64,000 bases of DNA from a virus: positions 18,502 through 82,501 of IMG/VR virus record IMGVR_UViG_3300035670_009638; one strand, given 5' to 3'. A model generated the notes under the pieces. That model worked only from the letters and a program-made list of their open reading frames with translations. It did not search any database and had not been told where the DNA came from. The position numbers and the translations under genes are program-made. Positions 1-10,689 of this stretch are shown here, piece by piece. The number at the start of each line of letters is the position of its first letter. Position 1 is the first letter of the stretch.

Positions 1-2
1 AA

Positions 3-3000
3 GAAGTTTATGCTGAAATCTCTGCCCAAGACGATTTAATTAAAGATGTAGTAAGACCAGCAACACATACATCTGCTTCTCTTGAAACAGTCATTACAAC
101 TATCCTTTCTAATTCAGATTGGAAAGTTGGTCATGTTGATGATTTTGGAATTAAAGATTATAACATTGACGACTATCCAAATAAACTTGAAGCTTTAGTT
201 GATGCAGTAAAAGCTTACGGTGGAGAATTAGAATTTGAATATATTGTTCGTGGGACAAAAATTATCTCTCAAATTGTTAATGTATATGAGCAAGTAGGTG
301 AAAGAACTGGTAAAACTTTCACTTATGGAAAAGACTTAGTGGGAATTGAGAGAATTGAAGATACAACTAAATTAGTAACAGCTTTAATTGGTGTTGGGCC
401 AGAAAAAGATGGTATAAAATTATCATTTTATAATCAGTCTGCCACTCAATTGGGCGCACCAGAAGGTTTTGAAAAACCAACAAATGCTGATTGGGTTGGT
501 TCTTTAGAAGCTTTCCAAAAATATAGCACAAACGGTAAGCATATTTTTGGTGTTTTCAAAGATGATAAAGCTCAATCTTCATATGAGTTATTTAATAATA
601 CTCTTGAAGCATTAAAGAAATATTCCAAACCTTTAATGACTTATAAAGCTAAGGTTGCTCTTTTAGAAAGAATTGCTGGATACGAACATGAAGTAGTTCG
701 TCTAGGTGATACTGTCATGATTATTGACAAAGAAATGGGTATCACAGTAAAGGCAAGAATTCGTAAATTACAACGATCTATTACTAATCCAGAAAGCGGC
801 GGAGTAGAACTAGGAGATTATATTCCAGTTGTTCCTCCGATAAATGATAGAATTTCTGCAATTCAGAGTAAAATTAGAGATCGCGAAGATATTTGGAATA
901 AAGCTCAAGAAGTTCCTCAGATCCAACAAGAGCTTGCTCAAAAAGCCGACAAAGGCGATTTATTTTCAGTACCTTCTCAACGTATGAAGATTCGATATGT
1001 TCGTGATTATATTAATGGTAACACTGTAAATAGTCACAACCATTGGGTTGAGTTACAAGTTTGGAGAAAAGGTATTAACTTAGCTAAAGGCATAATACCA
1101 ACCGGAACTGAAACAATCACTAATGCTTCTTACATCACAGATGGAATTATTGACTCATTGAGTTATGCTTCAATGGGAACTGGATTACAATATATCGAAC
1201 TAGACTTAGGTCAAGTTTATGATGATGTTGAATATATCCATACATGGCATTATTACAGTGATGGAAGAACATACAATGACCACAGAGTTGATGTTTCAGA
1301 AGATGGGTTAACATGGGTTCATTTATATTCCTCAGAATTAAATGGTTCTCATATAGAAACTTCTGAAGGTTTAATTGTTCCAGTTAACAGTTCAGCAATT
1401 ATTTCTACTCAAAAGAAAGAACAAAATCAAGTTGTTATAAGAGTAGGAGATTTGGAGGACTTTAAACTTTCAACTGAAGAAATCCTTCCTCAGAAAGTTA
1501 ACCTTGTAGACTACAACAATAAAGTAACTCAACTAGAGAATGATATTGCTGCTAAAGCTGGTCTTGATTATGTTGACGGTCAACTGTTATTGAAAGCAGA
1601 TAACACAAGAGTTGATACTCTTGCAAACGATGTCGCGAATAAGGCTGATAAGTTATATGTTGACGATAATCTAATTTTAAAAGCTGATAAGTCTACAACT
1701 TACACAAAGACAGAAGTAGATAATGCTCTTAACAGTAAAGTAAGTACAACTACTTACGATACTGATATTAATGGCATTGTTTCTCGCTTAGATAGCGCAG
1801 AAACTCGAATAACCCAAACTGAAAATGAAATTACTCTTAAAGCTTCAAAAACAGAAGTTGAGCAAGCAAAAGATTTAGCTACTGCTTCCACTGTTAAACC
1901 AGTATTTTCTGGTAATAGCTCAAATATTTCTGTAAATCAAGGAACATTTGAAACTACTCCAGAAGGAAATATAAGAATTACTGGAACAGGTTCAGATGTA
2001 ATGCTTTACCTAAATCCATCTTCACCTTTTAGTGGTGGAAAAAATGAACGGATCGCAATTAGAGTAAGATATATCGCAGACAATGGAACACCTTCATGGC
2101 AAGGACAAATATATTACCAAACTGCGACTCATACAGATAGCGAAAGTTACACCAAAAAGGGAATTCCTCAGCCAGCCAAAGATGGTAAGTGGCATACAAT
2201 TTCTGTTGATATGCATGATTTAACAACTGGTGGAACAGATTGGAAAGATAACAATATTATAAAAGTTAGATTAGACTTCTGGAATTACGCTATTTGGGAA
2301 GTTCAATTCGTTGTCATTGGTACAGTTTCAACTGACTTTGCTACTCCTGAGTCTGTAGATGCTTTAGAGCAAAGAATATCAACAGCAGAAACATCTATCA
2401 CTCAAAACTCTAATGAGATTTCATTAAGAGCTAAATCAAGTGATGTATATACAAAAACTGAAACTGATACAAAAGTTAATGCAAAGGCTGACCAAACAAC
2501 AGTTGATAATTTAACAACAAGAGTTTCTAACGCAGAAGCTCAATTAACTGTTCATTCGAATGAGATTGCAGCAAGAGTAAAAACAGTTGATTATGACGCA
2601 GACATGAGTGGTGTTGTTACAAGATTAGATACTGCTGAAGCTAATATTACAGCCAATGCTAATGAAATTAGTTTAAAAGCTTCTCAGTCTTCTGTTGACA
2701 CTTTAAATACTAGAATGTCGGATGCAGAAGCTCAATTAACTGTTCATTCGAACGAAATTTCAACTAAAGTAACTTTAGATGAAGTTAAAGACGAAGCTAG
2801 AAGATCTGGAAATGAAGTTGTAAAAGCTCGTTATGTTCGTATTTATTCTAATGGAAACACAGTAAATACTAGCAACCATTTAGTTGAAGTTAAGGTTATG
2901 AAAGATGATGTTAACCTTGCAAAAGGTTTAATTGCCACAAGTTCAACTACAATGAGTTATCCTGAAAGAATGACTGACGAAGTTATTGACACTTATCAAT

Positions 3001-4952
3001 ATTCATCTTTCGGAAGTGGAAGACAATGGGTTCAATTCGATTTAGGCCAAATTTATGATGATATAGATTATATTCAAGTTTGGTTTTATTGGGCAGATGG
3101 AAGAAGTTACAACTATGAAGTTGAAGTTTCAGAAGACTCAATAAACTGGATGAACCTATTTGATACTAGCCGAAGTGGAAGACCTAAAGCAACTAGCTCG
3201 GGATTTGTTATTTTAGTTAACAAACAAGCTTCAATTAGTTCTTTAGCAAGTTCTATTAAACAAACTGCAAATAGCATCAACCTTAGAGTTGATAATGTCG
3301 AAGGAACTGCAAATACAGCAAAATCTTCTGCCGATACTGCTAATAATAAAATAGATAATCTAAAAGTTGGTGGTCGAAATCTTCTTTATAACTCCACCGG
3401 TGAAATAACTAACGAAAATGGAGAAGCTGATGGATGGGCAGCAGGAACGGTTGTTGAGCATGTTGAAAATAAAACTTGTTTAACAATTCATACCGCATCA
3501 ACTACAGAAGTAACAAAAGCTTCTGAAAGATTTAGAGTGAAACCTAATACAAAATATGCGGTTAGAGCTTTAGTTAAAGGTACTACTAATGCTAAAGGTT
3601 TTGACATTTTCTTTTTAGGTAGACCATTAAGTTCAGCTAACAACTATGATTTTATTCATAATATGAATGCTGTCTTGCCTACTGATAAATTAACTGAAAA
3701 GTTTTGGACCTTTACTACAGAATCAACTGAGGAAGAAGGCTACATCAGAATTGATAACAATGGCTCTTCTGATGGATTAAATGCAACTGTTTGGTTCTCC
3801 GAAATTCAAATTGAAGAAGGAGATAAACATACAACTTGGAAACCTTCATTGGATGATACAGAGCAACGAATGGCTTCAGTTGAGCAAAGATTGTCAAATG
3901 CTGAAATTGCAATTTCTGATAGTTCTATTATAAGTACAGTTATGAACTCTACAGAATATCAAGTTGCAATGGAAGGAAAAGCAAATTCAGACGATCTTGC
4001 TGGTTATGCAACAACTGGTCAGTTATCAGAAATGGAAACGTCTCTAAATAATAGTATAGATGATAAAATTTCTGCACTTGATATTGGGTCATATGTAAAA
4101 AGCTCTGAACTGAGTCAAACTTCTAGCGATTTAACTGCCAAATTCTCTAGAGCTGGTGGAGTCAACTTAATAAAGAACTCTGTTGGTTTTGCTGGATTTG
4201 AGTTTTGGAATGCCCCGACTCCAGATAGGTATAGTGTTGTAAGTCACTCAGCATTAGACTATCTTGGATTTGGTAGTGGTTTCTATTTCCCTTACCACGG
4301 AACATCTCCCAGATATATTACTCAAGAAGTTAATGTTGTATCGGGCAATCCATATACATTATCTTGGTTTGTGAATAAAACAAATAGTGATCCGGCAACA
4401 AATAATGCAGGAGCTTTTTATGTTCAAGTATTAGAATATGATGCTTCTGGAAATACCCTTTACACTATGAGTTATAGATATGGTAGCGAAGTAACTACTA
4501 ATGGTTATGAAGAGCATTTTGAAACATTTACTCCAGTGACCAATAAAATCACAGTGAGATTGTATGCTTATCAAAATGTTGATGCTACTGCAACTGGTCT
4601 AATGCTAAATGTTGGTGATGTTCCATTACAATGGACAATGGCACCAGGGGAAATCTATAACACAAATGTACGAATGGATATGAAAGGTTTAAAAGTATCT
4701 AAGTTTGAAGGGGAAAAAGAAACAAAATTCACCGTTATGACACCAGAACGTTTTGCAGGTTTTTATGATGTAAATGGTGACGGTGTAATTGAGGACTATG
4801 ATGGTTCTCCTGACGAAGTATTCAAAATGGACGAAGACTCGTTTATCATGAAGAAAGCCGTTATTAAGGAAGAACAATCTATGGGTCCGATGAAAATAAT
4901 TAAAATTGAAAGCGCTTCAAATACTGGATGGGCTTTTGTTCCTTCAGAATAA
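3..4952 (+). CDS. Tail tip/minor structural protein (Tal-like N-terminus, carbohydrate-binding domains, coiled-coil repeats); 5'-truncated by the window
   Basis: Frame is open from position 3 (EVYAEISAQDDL...FTYGKDLVGIERIED), so the start at 339 is not real. Contains two discoidin-like repeats (RYVR..NGNTVN..NH.VE), GGRNLL/GGVNLI CBM-like domains and heptad linkers. Confidence 0.85.
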   Translation, partial: EVYAEISAQDDLIKDVVRPATHTSASLETVITTILSNSDWKVGHVDDFGIKDYNIDDYPNKLEALVDAVKAYGGELEFEYIVRGTKIISQIVNVYEQVGERTGKTFTYGKDLVGIERIEDTTKLVTALIGVGPEKDGIKLSFYNQSATQLGAPEGFEKPTNADWVGSLEAFQKYSTNGKHIFGVFKDDKAQSSYELFNNTLEALKKYSKPLMTYKAKVALLERIAGYEHEVVRLGDTVMIIDKEMGITVKARIRKLQRSITNPESGGVELGDYIPVVPPINDRISAIQSKIRDREDIWNKAQEVPQIQQELAQKADKGDLFSVPSQRMKIRYVRDYINGNTVNSHNHWVELQVWRKGINLAKGIIPTGTETITNASYITDGIIDSLSYASMGTGLQYIELDLGQVYDDVEYIHTWHYYSDGRTYNDHRVDVSEDGLTWVHLYSSELNGSHIETSEGLIVPVNSSAIISTQKKEQNQVVIRVGDLEDFKLSTEEILPQKVNLVDYNNKVTQLENDIAAKAGLDYVDGQLLLKADNTRVDTLANDVANKADKLYVDDNLILKADKSTTYTKTEVDNALNSKVSTTTYDTDINGIVSRLDSAETRITQTENEITLKASKTEVEQAKDLATASTVKPVFSGNSSNISVNQGTFETTPEGNIRITGTGSDVMLYLNPSSPFSGGKNERIAIRVRYIADNGTPSWQGQIYYQTATHTDSESYTKKGIPQPAKDGKWHTISVDMHDLTTGGTDWKDNNIIKVRLDFWNYAIWEVQFVVIGTVSTDFATPESVDALEQRISTAETSITQNSNEISLRAKSSDVYTKTETDTKVNAKADQTTVDNLTTRVSNAEAQLTVHSNEIAARVKTVDYDADMSGVVTRLDTAEANITANANEISLKASQSSVDTLNTRMSDAEAQLTVHSNEISTKVTLDEVKDEARRSGNEVVKARYVRIYSNGNTVNTSNHLVEVKVMKDDVNLAKGLIATSSTTMSYPERMTDEVIDTYQYSSFGSGRQWVQFDLGQIYDDIDYIQVWFYWADGRSYNYEVEVSEDSINWMNLFDTSRSGRPKATSSGFVILVNKQASISSLASSIKQTANSINLRVDNVEGTANTAKSSADTANNKIDNLKVGGRNLLYNSTGEITNENGEADGWAAGTVVEHVENKTCLTIHTASTTEVTKASERFRVKPNTKYAVRALVKGTTNAKGFDIFFLGRPLSSANNYDFIHNMNAVLPTDKLTEKFWTFTTESTEEEGYIRIDNNGSSDGLNATVWFSEIQIEEGDKHTTWKPSLDDTEQRMASVEQRLSNAEIAISDSSIISTVMNSTEYQVAMEGKANSDDLAGYATTGQLSEMETSLNNSIDDKISALDIGSYVKSSELSQTSSDLTAKFSRAGGVNLIKNSVGFAGFEFWNAPTPDRYSVVSHSALDYLGFGSGFYFPYHGTSPRYITQEVNVVSGNPYTLSWFVNKTNSDPATNNAGAFYVQVLEYDASGNTLYTMSYRYGSEVTTNGYEEHFETFTPVTNKITVRLYAYQNVDATATGLMLNVGDVPLQWTMAPGEIYNTNVRMDMKGLKVSKFEGEKETKFTVMTPERFAGFYDVNGDGVIEDYDGSPDEVFKMDEDSFIMKKAVIKEEQSMGPMKIIKIESASNTGWAFVPSE

Positions 4953-4970
4953 TAGAGAGGTGAAACCTTA

Positions 4971-7900
4971 ATGGCTTTATCTGGTTCTTTTTATACCAAC
5001 GTTGGTAGCCATTGGAGATTACAGTTGGAGTGGTCTGGGACACAAAGTGTCTCAGGCAACTACACTGATGTAACTGCGAAATTATACTGGATTGCGCTAG
5101 ACAGTTATGGAGCAATATACTCAAGTGCTACTAAAGATGGTGGTATTTATATAAGTGGTTCTTGGAGTTATTTCAGTGGTGCTGGATTAGCTGCACTTTC
5201 AGCCAACCAAAAAAAATTACTCCATACTTACACAAAAAGGATTAACCATAATTCAGACGGTACAGGTTCTGTAACACTAGATGGCTTCTTTGATGCTGAA
5301 GTTACTCTTTCTGGTACTTATTATGGAAGAATAAACTTACCTTCAAAAACTTATACTCTGAATACAATTCCTCGTGCTTCAAGTTTAACTTCAAGCGCAA
5401 GTTGGACAGCACCAAATAATTTAAGTATCTCTATTTCAAGAGCTTCTACAAGTTTTACACATACAGTGAAAATCTATGCTGGCTCGACATTAATTAAAAC
5501 TTTAACTGGTATTAGAACAAGTGCAACTGCTTCGTTTACCACTTCTGAAAATACGAGCATTTTCAATGTGATTAATACTGGTTCAAGTACAAGCTCAAAA
5601 ATTGAACTATTAACGTATTCTGGTTCAACATATATTGGAATGAAAACCTATACTGGAACAATTTCTGCTCCATCGGCAAGTTCTGTTTCAAGTAGTACAG
5701 ATCGTTATCGTTATGTCGATGAAAACTTCCCAGTATCTTTAAGTGTTGGCCATAGTTCATTTACTCATACTTTAAAATGGACTTTTGGTTCATTCACTAA
5801 AACAATTTCTGGTGTTGGTTCAAGCTATACTTGGGACCCAACTTCCACTGAAGAACAATCAATCTATGCCCAAATTCCAAATGCAAAATATGGTAGTGGA
5901 ACATTACAAGTTACAACTTACTATAATGGAGAACAAGTTAGAACCCCGACTTCAGTAAGTATTCAATGGCATGTACGAAACAGTGAACCTACATTTGGAA
6001 CTGGCTACACTTATAAAGATACAAATACAACAACAACTGGTATCACCGGGGATGCTACTAAGATTATTCAAAATAAATCTAGTGTTCTAGTAGAAATTCC
6101 AACAACAGCAAAAGCGACAGCTAGAAACAGTGCGACAATGGTTGAATACGTAGCAACGTTGAACGGTGTATCAATAACTCAACCATATTCTGATACAGCA
6201 ACAGTATCATTTAACTTTGGTGCTGTTAATGCAAATGTTGATTTATCTTTAACAATTAAAGCAGTAGACAGTCGTGGTTTCTCGACTTCAACTTCAAAAA
6301 CTGTAACAATTATTCCTTATTCAAATCCGACTGTAACAACAAGTGCTTCTCGTGCAAATAACTTTGAAAACTCTACGACAGTAAAAATGAGTGGTGGATT
6401 TTCTCCATTAACTATTGGTGGAGTAGATAAAAATACTGTTTCTTCTGTTCAATATCGATATAAAACAAGCACTTCAACTACTTGGGGAGCCTGGACAGAC
6501 TTCGTGTTTTCAATTAGTGGTTCAAGCTATTTTGCAACAGATGTTGTGCTTGACCTAGATAATATGCAATCTTGGAATATTGAAGTCCGAGCAGTTGATA
6601 AATTAGGGAGTACAGTTGTAGCAAGATTAGTTGGCACCGGACAACCAATTTTCTTTATTGATACTACTAAAAAGGCTTTAGGAGTAAATAAATTTCCAAC
6701 TTTTAATAGAGATTTAGAAGTTGGTGGAACTGGAGCTATTAGTGCTAAAGGTCTGTTTGGTCAATATATGAATGATTATATGATATATGACCACGGAAAT
6801 GGAAACGTGACTCTCAATGCTTTAGGTGGAGATTTATATTTAGGATATAGAAATTCAGCTAAAGTGAGGTTGTCTTCAGACCTTTATACTTATGATGGTG
6901 TAAAACTAATTATTGATAAGTATGGGAATCTTAAAGCTGCTAGTGGAACACTTTCAGTTTCTAAGAATGGAACAGACTCATATATCAGATTTGATGCACA
7001 AACAAATGACCCTGCCTACATCAGACACTACGAAAGTAGTAATACTGGTATTATGTATTTTTCTGCATCTGACGATAGAACGAGTGGAGATTACTTCTCA
7101 TTCGGTTCTACTCCTGGTGGAACTTATTCCGAAGCAGTAAGAATTCAAACAGATGGACATATACTTGCTGATGGAAACCTTTATTTAAGAGGTTCAGATG
7201 CAAAAGTGTATATGAGTACAACATCTGGATCGCAATCATGGTACGGTCAAAACGGTGGAAACCTTGCAGTTGGTACGGATGATATTTTCGAAATTATTGA
7301 GACTGATGCAAGTGCTTCTAAATTCAAGTTTAGTGCCAATAATGGTACTTTCCAGATTAATAATGGTGTTGTATTGTCCAATCAAAGTGGAAATACTATT
7401 AGAATACAAACTGCTTACGGGTATACGCAAATTGGGCCAAAAAACTCATCTTGGGCGCACTTTTATACTGATAGACCAAGTTGGTATTTTGATAAAGAAG
7501 TTGCAATCAATAATACTTTGAAGGGATATGGAACATATTTAAATATTAATACAACAACTCCTTCTGATAGTGGGTCATACCTTCGTGTTGCTGATTATAT
7601 CAGTGGTTCATATGGAACAGAGGTAACACTTACTTCTGAAGGTAGAACTGACTTGTATGGTGCAATCGGTACTTCTGGTAACCGTTTCTATCGTATGTAT
7701 TCTGGTGCTTTCTCAACATCTTCTTCTATGCATATCAAGAAAAATATTAAGAATGCTAGATCGAGAAGATACAAGATGAGAAGTGGAATTGAACTAAGTG
7801 CATTAGAAGCAGTTAGAAGCTTAACTCCATATCGATATAACTTCTACAACAGACCGGATAAAGTCGAAGAAGAACAAATTGGTATTTTAACAGAAGAAGC

Positions 7901-8183
7901 TCCAATTGATATTCTTGATGAAGATTTACAGAACGTTGATTTATACTCTTTATCAATGCTTTTAATGCAAGCTCTCCAAGAAGCAGATGAAAGATTAGAC
8001 TTCTTAGAAAGAAAGCTCAATATGAAAAAGGTTAGTGAAAGAGGTAATAAATCATATTACGGTCCAGAAGTTGAAGTTGATAACCCTTATAAAACTTGGG
8101 TTGGTAAAGGTATTCCTGAAGATGTACGTAAGAAATTAAATATGAAAGCCGGAAGGGAAAAGGAGAATTTCTATGTACTTTAA
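4971..8183 (+). CDS. Tail fibre/receptor-binding protein with C-terminal intramolecular chaperone (peptidase S74-like)
   Basis: Ser/Thr-rich beta-type siphovirus N-terminus; C-terminal SS..IKKNI...L.PYRY...IG...EE...VDLYS motif plus coiled coil; RBS GAGAGGTG. Confidence 0.8.
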   Translation: MALSGSFYTNVGSHWRLQLEWSGTQSVSGNYTDVTAKLYWIALDSYGAIYSSATKDGGIYISGSWSYFSGAGLAALSANQKKLLHTYTKRINHNSDGTGSVTLDGFFDAEVTLSGTYYGRINLPSKTYTLNTIPRASSLTSSASWTAPNNLSISISRASTSFTHTVKIYAGSTLIKTLTGIRTSATASFTTSENTSIFNVINTGSSTSSKIELLTYSGSTYIGMKTYTGTISAPSASSVSSSTDRYRYVDENFPVSLSVGHSSFTHTLKWTFGSFTKTISGVGSSYTWDPTSTEEQSIYAQIPNAKYGSGTLQVTTYYNGEQVRTPTSVSIQWHVRNSEPTFGTGYTYKDTNTTTTGITGDATKIIQNKSSVLVEIPTTAKATARNSATMVEYVATLNGVSITQPYSDTATVSFNFGAVNANVDLSLTIKAVDSRGFSTSTSKTVTIIPYSNPTVTTSASRANNFENSTTVKMSGGFSPLTIGGVDKNTVSSVQYRYKTSTSTTWGAWTDFVFSISGSSYFATDVVLDLDNMQSWNIEVRAVDKLGSTVVARLVGTGQPIFFIDTTKKALGVNKFPTFNRDLEVGGTGAISAKGLFGQYMNDYMIYDHGNGNVTLNALGGDLYLGYRNSAKVRLSSDLYTYDGVKLIIDKYGNLKAASGTLSVSKNGTDSYIRFDAQTNDPAYIRHYESSNTGIMYFSASDDRTSGDYFSFGSTPGGTYSEAVRIQTDGHILADGNLYLRGSDAKVYMSTTSGSQSWYGQNGGNLAVGTDDIFEIIETDASASKFKFSANNGTFQINNGVVLSNQSGNTIRIQTAYGYTQIGPKNSSWAHFYTDRPSWYFDKEVAINNTLKGYGTYLNINTTTPSDSGSYLRVADYISGSYGTEVTLTSEGRTDLYGAIGTSGNRFYRMYSGAFSTSSSMHIKKNIKNARSRRYKMRSGIELSALEAVRSLTPYRYNFYNRPDKVEEEQIGILTEEAPIDILDEDLQNVDLYSLSMLLMQALQEADERLDFLERKLNMKKVSERGNKSYYGPEVEVDNPYKTWVGKGIPEDVRKKLNMKAGREKENFYVL

Positions 8184-8661
8184 TTCTGAATTAGAAATTA
8201 AATTGGTCAAAGAAGGATGGGCAGCATTTAGCCTTGGCGAAAAAAATGCTTTAATACTAAGTCTTGCCACAAAGGACCAAGTTGAATACTCAAAAATTAC
8301 TGATGAATATATTTTAGACCATCACAAGTTCTTGAAGAAAGAACTTCTAAAAGAGAAATGTGAATTAGTTATTGAAGAAGGGTTTGTTTACTCTGTCAAT
8401 GGTCACAAATATAGAACAAATCGTGACGATCAAATTAATATGATAGGTCAAAAAGATGAACTTCTTGCTGATGAAACGATTACTATTGTTCAGTGGAAGA
8501 CTGAGGATGCTGGTTATATTAGCCACACAAGGGATGAATGGTTAGATATTTATAATCAAGCATTTGTTCATAAGAAAGAAACACTTTTAAAATATGATAC
8601 TTTGAAAAAAGCTGTTCAAGATGCTTTAACTCATGAAGAAATACTTTCTATCACTTGGTAA
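8173..8661 (+). CDS. DUF4376-like tail fibre assembly protein
   Basis: TNRDDQINM...WKTED...ITW C-terminal pattern; follows the fibre gene. Confidence 0.6.
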   Translation: MYFNSELEIKLVKEGWAAFSLGEKNALILSLATKDQVEYSKITDEYILDHHKFLKKELLKEKCELVIEEGFVYSVNGHKYRTNRDDQINMIGQKDELLADETITIVQWKTEDAGYISHTRDEWLDIYNQAFVHKKETLLKYDTLKKAVQDALTHEEILSITW

Positions 8662-8669
8662 AAATATTT

Positions 8670-8696
8670 AAGACTCTCATTAGTGGGAGTCTTTTT
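8670..8696 (+). terminator. Intrinsic terminator
   Basis: AAGACTCTCA-ttag-TGGGAGTCTT followed by a T run. Confidence 0.6.
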
Positions 8697-8714
8697 AATT
8701 TGGAGGAAATTAGA

Positions 8715-8894
8715 ATGGAACAACAACAAATCAACCCTCAAGAAGAAATGGTTAATGAAATCATTAATGATTTATCAAATAAAATTGCAGCACTCACCAA
8801 AGAGAATTCAATCCTGGTGGCAAACTTAAAAATGCTGCAAAAACAATTACAAGAAAAAGAACAAAATAACCAAGAACCACCTCAAGGAAAATAA
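8715..8894 (+). CDS. Small coiled-coil protein
   Basis: RBS GGAGG before ATG 8715, so the start is later than in the ORF track. Confidence 0.65.
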   Translation: MEQQQINPQEEMVNEIINDLSNKIAALTKENSILVANLKMLQKQLQEKEQNNQEPPQGK

Positions 8895-8930
8895 TCCCTT
8901 GGGGTTTTTCTTGTAAGAGGGGAGGATGCC

Positions 8931-9164
8931 GTGTTGGAGCAACTACTTTTGGAATTCGGACTAAAAGATGGGGTTTTTGTAGGTTTATTCATTTGGCTAC
9001 TAATCTATGTATTAAACACATCAAAAGAACGTGAGACGAAATTAACTAACTTCTTAGATGGAATGAAAGTTGAATTCGCAAAATTAACTGGTAGTTATGA
9101 AAGCCTATCAAAAGATGTTAAAGAAATCCGTGAAGAGCTTACTGAAATGAAAAGCAACAAATAA
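8931..9164 (+). CDS. BhlA/UviB-family holin-like protein
   Basis: N-terminal TM segment (GVFVGLFIWLLIYVL), KERE motif, coiled coil; upstream of the endolysin. Confidence 0.8.
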   Translation: MLEQLLLEFGLKDGVFVGLFIWLLIYVLNTSKERETKLTNFLDGMKVEFAKLTGSYESLSKDVKEIREELTEMKSNK

Positions 9165-9165
9165 C

Positions 9166-9200
9166 AACCTGAGATTTTTATAATCTCAGGTTATTTTTTT
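9166..9200 (+). terminator. Intrinsic terminator between holin and endolysin
   Basis: AACCTGAGATT/AATCTCAGGTT stem followed by T7. Confidence 0.65.
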
Positions 9201-9214
9201 AAGGAGGAATTCTA

Positions 9215-10312
9215 ATGGCATTTAAAGTTGGCGTATGTGCTGGTCATGGTGGTTCCAATTCTACTCCTGGTAAAAGAACTCCAGACGGTGAATATGAATG
9301 GACTTTTAATGACAAAGTTGTAAGGGCTTTCATTAATGAAATTAACACCTATCAAAACGTTTCTGTTCTTAGAACTGACGATGCTTCAGGTAAGACAGAT
9401 GTTCCTCTAAAAACTAGAACAGATAAAGCTAACTCTTGGGGTGCTGATATTTATATCTCATTCCATCATAATGCTTTTGCTGGTAAATGGGGAACTCATA
9501 CTGGAGTTGAAACTCATGTATACCAATCTCGTCCAGCAAATTCAGTTAAACTAGCTAAGGCTGTTCACCCTGCTTTAGTTAAAGCTTATGGTTTACGAGA
9601 TCGTGGAATCAAATACACTAATTTTCATATCACAAGAGAAACTAAAATGGCAGCTGTTCTAATCGAAGGTGGATTTATGGATTCCACAATTGATATTAAA
9701 AAATTAAGAGACGATAAAGTCTTAGCAAATGTTGGTAAAGAAATTTCAATTGCTGTAGCTAAACTTTATGGACTTAAGAAGAAGCCTGTTTCAAAACCTT
9801 CTACACCTTCTACCCCAACTTCTGGAACGTACAAACTTTATAACGATGTTGCTGGTTACGTTACAGCAACTAACGCTAAAAGTGGTACTAACAGAAAAAC
9901 AACAGTCAAAAAAGGTGACTATTTCATTTTCAATGAATCTCAAGGAATGTTAAACCTTACTAAGAAAAAAGGTGTACCAGGTTCTTGGATTAACCCTTCT
10001 CATAACAAAATTCCAAAACCATCTAGCTCAGCTAAAACTTATACAGTTAAAAGTGGAGATACTTTATGGGGAATATCTCGATCAACTGGAGTGTCAGTGA
10101 ACACTCTTAAGTCTATCAATAATCTAAAATCTGATTTAATTCGTCCAGGACAAGTTCTCTATTTAGAAAAGACAACTATTCACACAGTTGTTAAGGGAGA
10201 AACTTTATGGGCGATTTCTAGAAAATATAATACAACTGTAAATGCAATTAAGTCAGCTAACAGCTTATCATCCGATACTATTCATGTTGGAGATAAGCTA
10301 GTAATTAAATAA
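9215..10312 (+). CDS. Endolysin: N-acetylmuramoyl-L-alanine amidase (Amidase_3) with two LysM domains
   Basis: AGHGG, E, SFHHNA and LIEGGF zinc-amidase motifs; two (Y/H)TV..G(D/E)TLW LysM repeats. Confidence 0.93.
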   Translation: MAFKVGVCAGHGGSNSTPGKRTPDGEYEWTFNDKVVRAFINEINTYQNVSVLRTDDASGKTDVPLKTRTDKANSWGADIYISFHHNAFAGKWGTHTGVETHVYQSRPANSVKLAKAVHPALVKAYGLRDRGIKYTNFHITRETKMAAVLIEGGFMDSTIDIKKLRDDKVLANVGKEISIAVAKLYGLKKKPVSKPSTPSTPTSGTYKLYNDVAGYVTATNAKSGTNRKTTVKKGDYFIFNESQGMLNLTKKKGVPGSWINPSHNKIPKPSSSAKTYTVKSGDTLWGISRSTGVSVNTLKSINNLKSDLIRPGQVLYLEKTTIHTVVKGETLWAISRKYNTTVNAIKSANSLSSDTIHVGDKLVIK

Positions 10313-10324
10313 GGAGGAATTCTT

Positions 10325-10570
10325 ATGCTTCAAAAAATCAAGAAAAGAATTCGTAATCCTAAAGTAATTCTTGGTATTGTGTCTGGTGTTTTAATGATTC
10401 TAGTAAACTTAGGAATCATTGATGCAGTAATGTCGGACCAAGTTATCGAGATTACTAACATGATTCTTGGGGTCGGTGTGGCAATTGGTATTTTCTCAAA
10501 TCCTGAAAGTCATGTAAAACCAGAAGAACTTGAAGTTCCAGAAGAAGTTGAAGAAGAAAAAGCTGAGTAA
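10325..10570 (+). CDS. Holin (2 TM)
   Basis: Two hydrophobic helices and a GIFSNP motif; follows the endolysin. Confidence 0.75.
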   Translation: MLQKIKKRIRNPKVILGIVSGVLMILVNLGIIDAVMSDQVIEITNMILGVGVAIGIFSNPESHVKPEELEVPEEVEEEKAE

Positions 10571-10689
10571 TTCATTTACGTCCTAAGCATGACGTTAAAC
10601 TGCTTTCTTTTTATCATAAAATTACTATTTTATAAATTATTTAGGCTCATTCGAGTCTTTATTTTTTTTATAAAGGAGGCCGATATGCA

